Shown: positions 38,389 through 50,576 of the stretch, piece by piece
Position numbering within the stretch: position 1 is the stretch's first letter
How the letters are laid out: every line of letters begins with the position of its first letter
From: an uncultured Planctomycetota bacterium
GTDB lineage: Bacteria; Planctomycetota; Planctomycetia; Isosphaerales; Isosphaeraceae
NCBI GenBank assembly: GCA_963845755.1
Contig: CAWJTV010000015.1
Span: 32,001-96,000, forward strand
DNA length: 64,000 nucleotides
Direction of reading: 5' to 3'
Position numbers and translations under genes: made by a program
Notes under the pieces: model-generated
What the model was told of the DNA's origin: nothing
Databases searched by the model: none
Seen by the model: the letters and a program-made list of their open reading frames with translations, nothing else

Positions 38389-41300
38389 GCGAACAACCCG
38401 ACCCGTATCCGAAGTCAAAGAACGCCTCCCACGTGGGGGTCGAGCTGCCGATTCTGTCGAGCGGCCCGATCCTCTGGCGAAGCCTGGATGAACTGTCCGA
38501 TGCGGTCGCTAGGCCTGACCCGCATGCGCAGGTTCATGAGGTTGATTCGTATCAACAGCTCGTGGAGCTTTCGAGTCTCGGGGCGGATCCTTCGAGCCGC
38601 CGCGAGTTCCTGCGACTGATGGCGGCTTCGATGGCGCTGGGTGGCCTGGGAGGTCTTAGTGGGTGTGCGATTCAGCCGACCGGGTCGATTGTGCCTTACG
38701 TCGAGGCGCCCGAGCAGATCGTGCCCGGCAAGCCGCTGTTCTTCACCTCGGCCGTCGCGATGGACGGGTTCGCCTGCGGCGTCCTGGTCGAGAGCCACAT
38801 GGGCCGGCCGACCAAGATCGAGGGAAACCCCGATCATCCGGCCAGCCTGGGCGCGACCGACGCGTTCACCCAGGCCACGATCCTCTCATTCTACGACCCG
38901 GACCGCTCGCAAGTCGTGACTCATGACGGGCGCGTCGATACGTGGGAACATGCTCAGGAGATTCTCCTTCAGGTCCGAGATAAACTCAAGGCGACCCGGG
39001 GCACCGGCGTGCGCGTCCTCACCCAGGCGCTGCAGCTCGCCCACGCTGGCCGACCAGCTCCGCCGGCTGCAAGCCGAGTTCCCTCAGGCGAAGTGGCACG
39101 CCTATGAGCCGGTCACACGCGACGCCGTCGGGGCCGGCTGCCGGCTGGCCTTCGGCGAGGAGCTGGAGCCGGCCTACCACCTCGACAAGGCCGACGTCAT
39201 CGTCGCGCTCGATGCCGACTTCCTGACCTGGGGACCGGGCCGGCTCAAGGACTCGCGCGCCTTCGCGGCCCGCCGGGAGACGGAGAAAAACCCGCGGTCT
39301 TACATCACGGGCCGCGCGGAGGAGGACACGGCTCCCGAGTCCGCGACGATGAACCGGCTCTACGCGATCGAGTGCACGCCGACTCTGACGGGGGCCTCGG
39401 CGGACCACCGATTACCCGTCGCGGCGCGGGACATCGCCGCAATCGCGCAGGCCATTGCCGAGGTGCTCGGCGTGGCTGAGTCGCCCGCGACGGCCGTGCG
39501 AACGCTCCCGGCTGGGCTCCAATCGCACGCCCGGTGGATCGAGGCGATGGGGCGCGACCTCAAGGCCGCCGGCGCCAAGGGGCTGGTCATTGCGGGTCAT
39601 GGCCAGCCGAAGGAAGTCCACGCGCTGACGAATAGGATCAACCATGCGCTGGGCGCCGTGGGTCAGACAGTAACCTTCTTCGAACGCGTGGACGTAGGGC
39701 CGACCGATCATTTCGGCTCGATCCGCGAGCTCGCCGCCGACATCCGAGCGGACGCGGTGGACACGCTGATCATCCTGGGAGGCAACCCGGCATACGACGC
39801 CCCCTCAGAGCTGGATTTCGCCAATTTGTTGCTTTCGGGCAAGGCCAATCAATGCATCCATCTCGGCCCGTACGATGATGAGACGGCTCGGCTCTGCCAC
39901 TGGCACATTCCAGAGGCACACGCGTTGGAGTCCTGGGGTGATCTGCGCGCGTTCGACGGGTCGGCGACCATCCAGCAACCGTTGATCGCGCCGCTCTACG
40001 GCGGCAAGTCCGCGATCGAGGTCCTGGCGCTCCTCCTGGGTGAACCGGGGCGCTGGGCCTTGAGATCGTGCGCGACTACTGGCGGCGTCAGAACCTTCCC
40101 GGCGATTTCGAAACCGTGTGGCGGCAAGCGCTCAAGAGAGGGCTCATCGCCGATACGGCTCGGACGCCGAAAACCGTGACGCCCAGGGTCAAGGATGTCC
40201 CAGCCGAGACATCACCGCCAGCCAGCGGACCCGGCCTGGAGCTGGTCTTTCGTCCCGACCCGGCGATCTGGGACGGCCGATTCGCCAATAACGCCTGGCT
40301 CCAGGAATGGCCCAGGCCGCTGACGCGATTGACCTGGGACAACGCCGCCCTGATCAGTCCGGTACTCGCCGGCCGGATGGGGATCAAGGAGGGCGATATT
40401 GTGGAGCTGCGTTATCGCGGCAAGGGTGTGGAGATCCCGGTCTCGATCCTGCCGGGCCAGGCCGAAGAGACGGTCACGGTCACTCTGGGATACGGTCGCC
40501 AGCACGCCGGCCGGGTTGGCAACGGGGTCGGCGTCGATGTTTATCCGCTTCGAACGGCCGACGCTCCGTGGTTCGGACAGGGCCTGGAGGTCGTCAAGAC
40601 GGGGCGGGATTATCGACTCGCGACCACCCAACATCATCACCGGACGGAGGGTCGCGACGTGGTGCGGGTCGCCAACCTCGAGACTTACCGCAAGGACAGC
40701 CATTTCGCCCAGTTGCACGAGCAGGACCGCGAGTTCCACGGGCCGAGCCTCATCGACGATCCTACCCCGCAGGCGGAGCACGAGGCGGGCGAGGGGAACG
40801 CCTGGGGGATGGTGGTCAACCTCAACGCCTGCACCGGCTGCGGGGCCTGCGTGACCGCCTGCCAGGCCGAGAACAACATCGCGGTCGTCGGCCGCGAGGA
40901 AGTCCTGGCCTCGCGCGAGCTGCACTGGATCCGCATCGATCGCTACTTCGAGGGCGAGGATACGCACAATCCCCCGATCGACTTCCAGCCCGTGGCCTGC
41001 GTGCACTGCGAGAAGGCCCCGTGCGAGGTCGTCTGCCCGGTGGGCGCGACGAGCCATAGCGCCGAGGGACTCAACGAGATGACGTACAACCGCTGCGTCG
41101 GCACGCGGTACTGCTCGAACAACTGTCCGTACAAGGTCCGCCGGTTCAACTTCTTCCAGTATTCCGACGAGGAGACACCCAGCCTGAAACTGATGAGGAA
41201 TCCCGAGGTGACCGTGCGGCCGCGCGGTGTGATGGAGAAATGCAGCGTACTGCGTCCAGAGGATCAACCGGGCGCGAATCACCGCGGACATCGAGAATCG

Positions 41301-41538
41301 CGCGGTCGGCGGCGACGAGGTCGTGACGGCCTGTCAGGCCGCCTGCCCGAGTCGGGCGATTATTTTCGGTAATCTCAATGATAAGAATAGCGCGGTGACG
41401 CGGGCCAAGGCCAGCCCGCGCAATTATGGATTGCTGGCCGAGCTGAACACCCGGCCGCGCACGACGTACCTGGCCAGGCTCCGCAATCCCAACCCCGAAA
41501 TCGAGGCGATCTCGCGCGATGGCTCCCCGCGATCCTGA
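38385..41538 (+). CDS. actB: Alternative complex III molybdopterin-oxidoreductase-like/Fe-S subunit; 3 frameshifts
   Basis: WRSLDEL + SRREFLRLM...LSGC Tat-variant signal, [33 protein letters not shown]. Fe-S motifs [40 protein letters not shown]...TACQAACP. Shifts at ~39030, ~40055 and ~41245. Confidence 0.93.
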
Positions 41539-42961
41539 GACTCCCCGCGAGCCTGCATCGGCCGGTCTGCCGGAGGTCGCCTCGGTCCTTGCACCCGGGC
41601 ACACCTACGCATCGGTGACCGACAAGATCAGCGCGCTGGTACTGGTCCGGCCCTACAACTGGCGATGGTTCCTCGGCATGGGCATCGGGTTCGCCCTGAC
41701 GATGCTGCTGATGTTCGCCATCACCTGGCTGCTGGTCCGCGGCGTCGGGATCTGGGGTATCGACGTCCCGGTCATGTGGGGGTTCGCGATCGTCAACTTC
41801 GTCTGGTGGATCGGGATCGGCCACGCCGGCACCTTGATCTCGGCAATCCTCCTGCTTCTGAAGCAAGACTGGCGGACATCGATCAACCGGTTCGCCGAGG
41901 CGATGACCCTCTTCGCCGTGGCCTGCGCCGGTCTGTTCCCGCTCTTGCACCTGGGCCGGCCCTGGGTCTTCTACTGGCTGATCCCGTATCCCAATACGAT
42001 GAACCTCTGGCCGCAATGGCGAAGTCCCTTGATCTGGGACGTCTTCGCCGTCTCGACCTACGGCACCGTGTCGCTGTTGTTCTGGTATGTTGGGCTGATC
42101 CCCGACCTGGCCACGTTGAGGGATCGGGCGAAGAACCGTTGGGCGCGGTATATCTACGCGTTCCTGGCCATGGGCTGGCGGGGCTCGGCGCGGCACTGGC
42201 ATCGCTATCGGACCGCCTACCTGCTCCTGGCCGGTCTGGCCACACCACTGGTCGTCTCGGTGCACTCGGTGGTGGCCCTGGACTTCACAGTCGCGATCCT
42301 GCCCGGCTGGCACTCCACGATCTTCCCGCCTTTCTTCGTCGCCGGGGCAATCTTCTCCGGGTTCGCCATGGTGGTGACCATCGCCGTCCCGCTCCGCGCC
42401 GCCTACGGTCTCAAGGACTTCATCACGCTCCGGCACCTGGAGAACATGGCCAAAGTCCTCCTGGCCACCGGGATGGTCGTGTCCTACGGCTACCTGATGG
42501 AAGCCTTCACGGCCTGGTACAGCCAGAACCCGTACGAGATGTTCGTCCAGTTGAAGAACCGGACGACAGGACCCTATGCTCACACGTACTGGATGATGAT
42601 TGCCTGTAATGTGATCATTCCGCAGTTTCTCTGGTCCCGCTGGGTCCGGACCCACCCGGTCGTCTTGTGGTTCCTCTCGATCTTCGTGAACATCGGGATG
42701 TGGCTGGAGCGGTACGTGATCATCGTCACCAGCCTGCATCGCGACTTCGTGCCGTCGTCGTGGAGCATGTACCACGGGACATTCTGGGACTACGCGACGT
42801 TCTACGGCACGCTGGGATTGTTCCTGTCGTTGATGTTCCTGTTCATTCGCTTCCTTCCGGTGATCTCGATCACCGAGATGCGCGAGCTGGTCCACGAGAC
42901 GCAGCGGGAGGAACAGGACGGGCACGGGACGGTGTCGCCTTCCGGGGAGGCCTCGCCATGA
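41519..42961 (+). CDS. actC: Alternative complex III NrfD-like quinol-binding membrane subunit
   Basis: [80 protein letters not shown]. Confidence 0.95.
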   Translation: MAPRDPETPREPASAGLPEVASVLAPGHTYASVTDKISALVLVRPYNWRWFLGMGIGFALTMLLMFAITWLLVRGVGIWGIDVPVMWGFAIVNFVWWIGIGHAGTLISAILLLLKQDWRTSINRFAEAMTLFAVACAGLFPLLHLGRPWVFYWLIPYPNTMNLWPQWRSPLIWDVFAVSTYGTVSLLFWYVGLIPDLATLRDRAKNRWARYIYAFLAMGWRGSARHWHRYRTAYLLLAGLATPLVVSVHSVVALDFTVAILPGWHSTIFPPFFVAGAIFSGFAMVVTIAVPLRAAYGLKDFITLRHLENMAKVLLATGMVVSYGYLMEAFTAWYSQNPYEMFVQLKNRTTGPYAHTYWMMIACNVIIPQFLWSRWVRTHPVVLWFLSIFVNIGMWLERYVIIVTSLHRDFVPSSWSMYHGTFWDYATFYGTLGLFLSLMFLFIRFLPVISITEMRELVHETQREEQDGHGTVSPSGEASP

Positions 42962-43506
42962 AAGTCGCGCACGACCCGACGGGCCCTTACGGGCTCATCG
43001 CCGAGTTCGACCGGCCCGACGACGTGATCGAGGCGACCCAGGGCGCCTACGAACACGGTTACCGGATGATGGAGGCGTACACGCCGTTCCCCGTTGATGG
43101 TCTGGCCGAAGCGCTGGGATTCCAGAAGAATCGGGTCGCGGCGTGCGTCCTGATCGGCGGGGTGACGGGCGGGTTGCTCGGGTTCTTCATGCAATGGTAC
43201 TCGGCCACTCTGAGCTACCCCCTGGACATCGGCGGGCGGCCGCTCAACAGTTGGCCGGCGTTCATCCCGATCACGTTCGAGATGACGATCCTGTTCGCGG
43301 CGCTCGCGGCGGTATTCGGGATGCTCGGGCTCAACGGGCTGCCCCGTCCGCACCATCCAGTGTTCAACGTGCCCAGTTTCGCCCTGGCGTCTCGCAACCG
43401 GTTCTTCCTTTGCCTCCAGGCACGCGACCCGCTGTTCGACGAGGTGGAGTCGCGCCGGTTCCTGGAGAAGTTCCGGCCCAAGTCCATCGACGTGGTCCCA
43501 TTCTGA
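42958..43506 (+). CDS. actD: Alternative complex III subunit D (DUF3341)
   Basis: ATG 42958 overlaps the actC stop. YGLIAEF, EAYTPFPVDGL, YPLDIGGRPLNSWPAFIPITFE. Confidence 0.92.
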   Translation: MKVAHDPTGPYGLIAEFDRPDDVIEATQGAYEHGYRMMEAYTPFPVDGLAEALGFQKNRVAACVLIGGVTGGLLGFFMQWYSATLSYPLDIGGRPLNSWPAFIPITFEMTILFAALAAVFGMLGLNGLPRPHHPVFNVPSFALASRNRFFLCLQARDPLFDEVESRRFLEKFRPKSIDVVPF

Positions 43507-43519
43507 TAGGCCTAAGCGA

Positions 43520-44194
43520 ATGAGCGCGAGATCCTTTCCCTTCAACCGGCATTCGGCCACCCTCTCCCTGATGGAGCGAGGGAGGAGATGGCTCGCGTTC
43601 GGCCTCGCCTTATTCGTGCTCGGTGGCTGCCGTAGCGAGATGTATGAACAGCCCCGCTACGAGCCCCTGGAGCCGAGCACGTTCTTCGAGGACGGCGCGT
43701 CGGCGCGACCGCTGGTCGCCGGGACAGTACCTCGCGACGACCCGCGCGGCGGACCGCCGGCCGGGGCCGCGGAGGATGTGTTTTACACGGGGTGGTCGCA
43801 AGGCAAGCTTGCCGAGACGGTGCCGTTCCCCGTCGATCGCGCAGTCCTCGATCGTGGGCAAGATCGCTTCCGGATCTACTGCACTCCCTGCCACGGCGAG
43901 TCGGGCGACGGCCGTGGCATGATCGTCCGAAGGGGTTTCACTCCGCCGCCGCCGTATTCGAGTGAAGAGCTGCGCAAGCAACCCATCGGCCACTACTTCG
44001 ACGTGATGACGCGCGGTTACGGGACCATGTATTCCTACGCGTCCCGGGTCCCGCCCCGCGACCGCTGGGCGATCGCGGCCTACATCCGGGTGCTCCAGTT
44101 GAGCCAGCACGCCGAGGTCGGCAAGCTTCCGGAAGAGGACCGGAACCGGCTCCCCGCGCAGGATGAGAGTACCACCGGGAGGGTTCAGCCATGA
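43520..44194 (+). CDS. actE: Alternative complex III monoheme cytochrome c lipoprotein
   Basis: Lipobox LGGC, MYEQPRY, YCTPCHG, GYGTM, DRWAIAAYIRVLQ. Confidence 0.92.
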   Translation: MSARSFPFNRHSATLSLMERGRRWLAFGLALFVLGGCRSEMYEQPRYEPLEPSTFFEDGASARPLVAGTVPRDDPRGGPPAGAAEDVFYTGWSQGKLAETVPFPVDRAVLDRGQDRFRIYCTPCHGESGDGRGMIVRRGFTPPPPYSSEELRKQPIGHYFDVMTRGYGTMYSYASRVPPRDRWAIAAYIRVLQLSQHAEVGKLPEEDRNRLPAQDESTTGRVQP

Positions 44195-45397
44195 GTACCG
44201 GCCCGGACCGGATTGACGAGGCGCTTTCGGGCCCGGCTGGACGTGATCCAGTCGCGCGCGTGGGTGGCGGCTGGAGTGGGCCTGGCGATCAGCCTCTTCG
44301 GCTGTCTGATCTGGCCGAATCGGCTCCTCCCCTCCTACCTGGTCGCCTTTGTGTTCTGGGTGGGGATCGGCCTGGGCTGCCTGGGCCTGACGATGCTCCA
44401 TCATCTGGTCGGCGGCTCGTGGGGATTGATCGTCCGCCGGCCGATGGAAGCGGGCGGGACGGTGCTGTTGCCCCTGGCCGTGCTGTTCCTGCCGATCGCC
44501 CTGGGCCTGTCCTGGCTCTATCCCTGGGCGCGGACTGGCTTCGTGGCGGATGAGGCGACGCGGATGAAAGCCCATTACCTCAATCCCAGCTTCTTCCTGA
44601 TTCGGACCGCCCTGTACTTCGCGATCTGGGTCGGCTTCGCGTTCGTACTCCGGAGATTCTCAACCGAACAGGACCGGCGGAGCGACCATGCACCGAGCGG
44701 CTGGCTCCAGCGGATCAGCGGGCCTGGCCTGGCCCTCCTGTTCCTGACCGGGACGTTCGCGGCGATCGACTGGATGATGTCGCTGGAGCCGCACTGGTCC
44801 TCGACGGTCTACGGCGCGCTCGTGTGCGTGGCCGAGGCGCTGGCAACACTGGCCATGATGGTCGCCGTGGTGATCGGATTGTCCCACGCGAGGCCGATGG
44901 ACGAGGCCGCGACTTCCGACCGGCTGCACGACCTGGGCAATCTGATGCTGGCGTTCACCATGCTCTGGGCCTACATGTCGTTCGCCCAGTACCTGATCAT
45001 CTGGGCCGGCAATCTCCCCGAGGAGATCCCCTGGTATCTGCGACGGACCCGTGGCGGCTGGCAGTGGGTCGCGCTCAGCCTGGCCCTCTTCCATTTTTTC
45101 CTGCCGTTATTCGTACTACTGTTCCGCGAGACCAAGCGACAATCACGGCTGCTCTTGCGGGTGGCTTTCCTCGTGCTGGGCATGCACTGGCTCGACATGG
45201 TCTGGCTGATCGTTCCGGCTTCGTCCGACCCGGCCAGTCCGCGGTTCCCCTGGGTCGAGCTGCCGATGAGCCTGGTGGCGATGATCGGGATCGGGGGCGT
45301 CTGCGCGGCCAGGTTCGTCGGACAATTGAAGAGCATTCCCCTGATTCCCCTGAATGACCCGAGTCTGAACGAGGCCGTGGAACACGCCGGAGGGTGA
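44191..45397 (+). CDS. actF: Alternative complex III membrane subunit F; frameshift at ~44210
   Basis: MLHHLVGGSWG, YLNPSFFLIR, DWMMSLEPHWSSTVYG, HDLGNLMLAF, QYLIIWAGNLPEE. Confidence 0.92.
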
Positions 45398-45899
45398 CGA
45401 CCGTGGAAGACGCTCTGCCACAAGGTGTGCCGGCTTCCGGCGCGCGGCCCGGCCATGAGAGCAATCGGCTCGGGCTGCGAGGCATCATCCTTTCCGTCGT
45501 GGTCCTGGTCGGCTCCGTCGTCCTGGTCGAGGCGGGGCTCGGCCTAGCAATGGGATGGTTCGCACAGAAGGAGAAACCGGCGGATGCGCTCCATCCTGGC
45601 CGGCGTGCGATCGAGGTCGATCAGTTCCCGGACCCCCGGCTCCAGAAGAATCCCTCGGATGACCTGGCTCGGATGAGAGTGGAGGAACAGCGACGGATCA
45701 CGAGCTATGGATGGGTCGATCGCAAGGCCGGCATCGCTCGCATCCCCGTCGATCGGGCGATGGAGATCCTCGCCACCTCCGGCCTTCCCAAGGTTGCCGC
45801 GCCGCGCCCGTACCGGGCGCCCCTCCGAATACCTCGATCCCCCCGGGGACCAAGCGAGACGAACCGCGGCCTGATGCGAAGCAGGGTGAGAAGCCATGA
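45394..45899 (+). CDS. actG: Alternative complex III ActG-like small subunit; frameshift at ~45805
   Basis: GHE, one TM, PDPRLQ, SYGWVDRKAGIARIPVDRAM. Position between actF and SCO. Confidence 0.75.
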
Positions 45900-46807
45900 A
45901 ACCGGCGCGGTCGTTCCTGATGTGGATCGTGCTCGTGTCCGTCCTCAGCGCGGGCTTCCCCGCATTCGTGCGCGCGCAGCAAAGATTGAAAACCCCTGGC
46001 GGCAGCGTCGTGAGCGAAGTCGGCTTCGACCAGAAGCTGGGCATCCGGCTGCCGCTCGACATCCGCTTCCGCGACGATTCCGGCCGCGATCTGGCCCTGG
46101 GCGAGCTTTTCGGTTCTCGTCCCGTGATCCTGGTGCCGGTCTACTATCGATGCCCGCTGCTCTGCAACCAACTCCTGAACGGCCTGACCCGCAGCCTGAA
46201 ACCGTTGTCGCTCGATGCCGGCAAGGATTTCGACGTCGTGGCGTTCAGCATCGATCCGGCAGAAACGCCCGAGCTGGCAGGAAAGAAGAAGGCCAACTAC
46301 CTCGAGCGTTACGACCGCACCGGGAGCGAATCGGGCTGGCACTTCCTCACCGGCGAAGCCTCGTCGATCGAGGCACTCACCCGGACGATCGGGTTCCGAT
46401 ACACCTACAACCCCGAGACCAAGCTGTATGCCCACGCCGCCGGGGTGGTCGTCGTGACGTCCGACGGGCGGATCGCCCGTTATGTCTTCGGCATCGATCT
46501 CCCGGCCAGGGAACTCCAGTACGAGCTCGAACGGGCGAGCAAGGGACAGATCGGCTCGCCGATCGGCCGGTTACTCCTGTTCTGCTACGACTACGACGCG
46601 GCGACCGGCAAGTACACACTTTCGATCGTGCGCCTGACCCGCGTCCTCGGGACTGCGACGGCCCTGGCGCTGGGCACTTACCTGTTCATCATGTTCCGGC
46701 GCGAGCGCCGCGGGATACGGGCCTCGCGTCGAGGGGATCCGGATGGGGACGACGGGCCGGAGCGGGAAGCCGAGGATCCGTTGATTCGCCCCGAATGGGA
46801 CCGCTGA
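45896..46807 (+). CDS. SCO1/SenC family copper chaperone
   Basis: VGFDQKLG, YYRCPLLCN (CxxxC), WHFLTG, YAHAAG, C-terminal TM. Confidence 0.92.
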   Translation: MKPARSFLMWIVLVSVLSAGFPAFVRAQQRLKTPGGSVVSEVGFDQKLGIRLPLDIRFRDDSGRDLALGELFGSRPVILVPVYYRCPLLCNQLLNGLTRSLKPLSLDAGKDFDVVAFSIDPAETPELAGKKKANYLERYDRTGSESGWHFLTGEASSIEALTRTIGFRYTYNPETKLYAHAAGVVVVTSDGRIARYVFGIDLPARELQYELERASKGQIGSPIGRLLLFCYDYDAATGKYTLSIVRLTRVLGTATALALGTYLFIMFRRERRGIRASRRGDPDGDDGPEREAEDPLIRPEWDR

Positions 46808-46820
46808 GGAATTCCAAGAT

Positions 46821-47770
46821 ATGTGGAATTTTCCCCTATTACCCGATCAGGCGTCGACCGAGGCACAGCAGCTCGATGCGCTGTTCTTGTTCGAATTGGT
46901 GATCGCCGGGTTCTTCACGACGTTGATATTCATCCTGATCGTGTCGTTCGCGGTACGCTACCGCCGAGGGGCTCGGGCGGATCGTTCCAACCCGCCGGTC
47001 GCGAATCGGGGCATGGAAATCGTGTGGGTGGGCGTGCCGCTGCTCATCGGGCTGGTGATGTTCGCCTGGGGGGCGATCCTGTTCTATCGGCTGTACGATC
47101 CTCCTGCCGGGGCGCTTGAGGTTTATGTCGTGGGCAAGCAATGGATGTGGAAGGTGCAGCACTCCGAGGGTCGGGCCGAGATCAACGAGCTGCACGTGCC
47201 GCTCGGGCGGCCGATCAAGCTGACCATGACCTCGGAGGACGTGATCCACAGCTTCTACATCCCCGCATTCCGCGTGAAGCAGGACGTCCTGCCCGGTCGC
47301 CGCACGTCCATGTGGTTCAGGCCGACGCGCGTCGGCGCTATCATCTGTTCTGCGCCGAGTATTGCGGGACGAACCACTCGACCATGGGGGGGTGGGTCAA
47401 CGTCCTGGAACCGACCGACTTTCAGCAGTGGCTCTCCCAGGCGTCGGCCGGCCCATCGATGGCCGATCAGGGCGAACGCCTGTTCGTCCAGTACCATTGC
47501 GCCGGTTGCCATCTAGGCAGTCAGACCGTCCATGCCCCCCGCCTGGAGGGCGTATTCGGGCGGCCGGTTCCGATCCAGCAGGGCAACGACGTCCGGTTCA
47601 CCTTGGCCGACGAGCGCTATGTCCGCGACTCGATCCTCCGCCCCAAGCAGGAAGTCGTGGCCGGGTACCAGCCGCTCATGCCCTCCTTCGAGGGCCAGAT
47701 CAATGAATCCGATCTATTCAAGATTATTGCATATATTAAATCAATCGGGGCAAAGGAGGCGACTCGATGA
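46821..47770 (+). CDS. ctaC: Cytochrome c oxidase subunit II with fused cytochrome c (caa3 type); frameshift at ~47335
   Basis: [14 protein letters not shown], CuA motif [12 protein letters not shown], heme motif CAGCH...MPSF. Confidence 0.93.
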
Positions 47771-49417
47771 GCGCCGCGGTGGTCGAATTCCAGGAGAGTG
47801 AAGATTATCTCCGGGCGTATACGCTGAAGTCGTGGCTGCTGACGACCGACCACAAGCGGATCGGGCTGCTGTACATGGCCTCGATCACGCTCTTCTTCTT
47901 CATCGGCGGTGCCGCGGCCACGGTGATGCGGCTGGAGTTGATGACGCCCAAGGGCGACGTCTTGTTCTCGCCGGATGCCTACAACCGCCTCTTCACGATG
48001 CACGGCGTGGTGATGATCTTCTTCTTCCTGATCCCGTCGATCCCGGCGGTGCTGGGCAACTTCCTGATCCCGCTCATGATCGGCGCCCGAGACCTCGCCT
48101 TCCCGATCCTGAACTTGATGAGCTGGTACATCTACATGATTGGCGGGTCGATCGCACTGTGGATTCTCATCTTCGGCGGCGTCGATACGGGGTGGACGTT
48201 CTACACGCCGTTCTCGACGATGTTCTCGAATACGATGGTGGTGCCGGCGGCGGCGGCGGTGTTCATCACGGGCTTCTCGTCGATCCTGACGGGCATGAAC
48301 TTCATCGTGACGGTGCACACGATGCGGGCGCCGGGGATGACGTGGTTCCGGCTGCCCTTGTTCGTCTGGGCGTTGTACGCGACCAGCCTGATCATGGTGC
48401 TGGGGACCCCGGTGCTGGCCATCACGGTCGCGCTGGTGGCCGTCGAGCGACTGCTCCACGTGGGGATCTTCGATCCGGGGTTGGGGGGCGACCCGATCCT
48501 GTTCCAGCACCTTTTCTGGTTCTACTCGCACCCGGCCGTCTACATCATGGTGCTGCCGGGCATGGGCGTGGTCGCCGAGATCGTCCCGTGTTTCGCGCGA
48601 CGGCCGATTTTCGGCTATCGCTTCATCGCCTACTCGAGCATCGCCATCGCGGTCCTGAGCTTCCTGGTCTGGGGCCACCACATGTTCGTCACCGGCCAGT
48701 CGATGTACGCCGGGATGATCTTCTCGATCTTCAGCTTCCTGGTGGCGGTCCCCTCGGCGATCAAGGTCTTCAACTGGACGGCGACCATGTACAAGGGCTC
48801 GATCCGGCTGGACACGCCGATGCTCTATGCCCTGGGCTTCATCGGGCTGTTCACCCTGGGCGGGCTTGACCGGCCTGATGCTGGCCACGCTGGCGATCGA
48901 CGTGCACGTGCACGACACATACTTCATCGTGGCCCATTTCCACTACATCATGGTCGGCGGCGCCGTGATGGCGTACATGGGCGGGATCCACTTCTGGTGG
49001 CCCAAGCTGAGCGGGCGGATGTACCCCGAGCTCATGGGCAAGCTCTCGGCACTGCTGGTCTTCATCGGCTTCAACCTGACCTTCTTCCCGCAGTTTGTGC
49101 TGGGCTACCTGGGGATGCCGCGGCGCTATTACGAGTACCCGCCGGAGTATCAGGTCTTGAACGTGATGTCAACGGCCGGTGCATCGATCCTGGCGGTCGG
49201 CTACGTGTTGCCGCTGGCCTACCTGCTGCTCTCGCTACGTAAGCCGCCGAACGCCGGTCCCAACCCGTGGGGCGCGACTGGCCTGGAGTGGCAGACCAGC
49301 TCGCCGCCCCCGGTGCATAACTTCGATGAGCCCGTCGTCGTGACAACGGAACCCTATGCCTATTCTCCTGAAGGAGCCGAGGTCATCGATGGAAACCGTA
49401 GCGACCCATCGCGGTGA
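47767..49417 (+). CDS. ctaD: Cytochrome c oxidase subunit I (type A2); frameshift at ~48865
   Basis: [27 protein letters not shown] (YS motif), [24 protein letters not shown]. Confidence 0.95.
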
Positions 49418-50115
49418 GGGCGGCCTCGCGCACTCCTCATCCGACAATGACACGATCCTGGAGGTGCAGTTCGACGATCTCGAGCAGCAGCACGAAGCTT
49501 CGACGATCGGCATGTGGCTGTTCCTGGCGACCGAGGTCATGTTCTTCGGCGGCCTGATCACGGCTTATGCGGTTTACCGGTTCAACTGCCCCCAGAGAAG
49601 TCGCCCTGGCCAGCGAACACATGAAGGTCTGGCTGGGATTTGCCAATACCGTGATCCTCCTGGGTAGTAGCTTGACGATGGCCCTGGCCGTCCGCGCCGC
49701 CCAGTTGCGTGCCCACCGCGATCTGCTGCTCTACCTGGGGCTGACCATGGCCCTGGGCTCGTTATTCCTGGGCGTCAAGGCGTACGAGTACAGCGAGGAG
49801 TATCACGAGAAGCTAATACCCGGCTGGAACTTCGAGGTCCCGGAGAAGAACCGCACCGAGGTCCAGCAGGAGGACTTGAGTCCGAGGAGGATGGAGATGT
49901 TCTTTGTCCTTTACTTCTTCATGACAGGCTTGCACGCCATCCACCTGATCATCGGCATCGGCCTGGTGGGCGTGATGATGTATCTCTCGTGGCGGAGCTG
50001 GTTCTCCGGCGGAGGCGCCACGCAGATCGAGGTGGCCGGGCTGTACTGGCACTTCATCGATATCGTGTGGGTCTTCTTGTATCCGATGCTCTATCTGATT
50101 GATGTACACTCATGA
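49389..50115 (+). CDS. ctaE: Cytochrome c oxidase subunit III; frameshift at ~49590
   Basis: [47 protein letters not shown]. Confidence 0.93.
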
Positions 50116-50411
50116 GCCAGCATATCACGTCCGTCCGGACCTACTTCACGGTGTTCATCGCACTCAACGTCCTCCTGGTCACCACGGTCGCGGCGGCGTA
50201 TCTCCCGCTGGGCGACTGGCATTTCCCGATCGCCATGATATTTGCCGTGGCCAAGGCCGTGCTGATCGTGCTGTTCTTCATGCACGTCCTGCACAGTCAC
50301 CGCCTCACGATGATCATCGCGGTCGCCGGGTTCCTCTGGCTGGGGATCATGCTCGCGCTGACCTTGAGCGATTACCTTTCCCGGGACGCGCTCCGTATCC
50401 CGGGCAAGTGA
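50112..50411 (+). CDS. ctaF: Cytochrome c oxidase subunit IV family protein
   Basis: Three TM segments, AVAKAVLIVLFFMH, SDYLSR; last gene of the operon. Confidence 0.88.
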   Translation: MSQHITSVRTYFTVFIALNVLLVTTVAAAYLPLGDWHFPIAMIFAVAKAVLIVLFFMHVLHSHRLTMIIAVAGFLWLGIMLALTLSDYLSRDALRIPGK

Positions 50412-50576
50412 GCGGCCGGCCCCCCTGGGTTCCTCGCGGCGTTGCAAGTTCGCCGCGTGGATGTCAGACTCGGAGATGACGGCGAGGTCTCCTCCTGGCA
50501 TCAGAGAACGTGGAGATACGATGCGCCACACGATCTCGCTCATGACGATCGTCGTGTTGTCGGCGGTCCCGGTGTA

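Noticed and set aside
45394..46902. 502 aa ORF spanning actG and SCO
   Set aside because: Only the first ~140 aa are ActG-like; the rest is off-frame read-through of the SCO gene.
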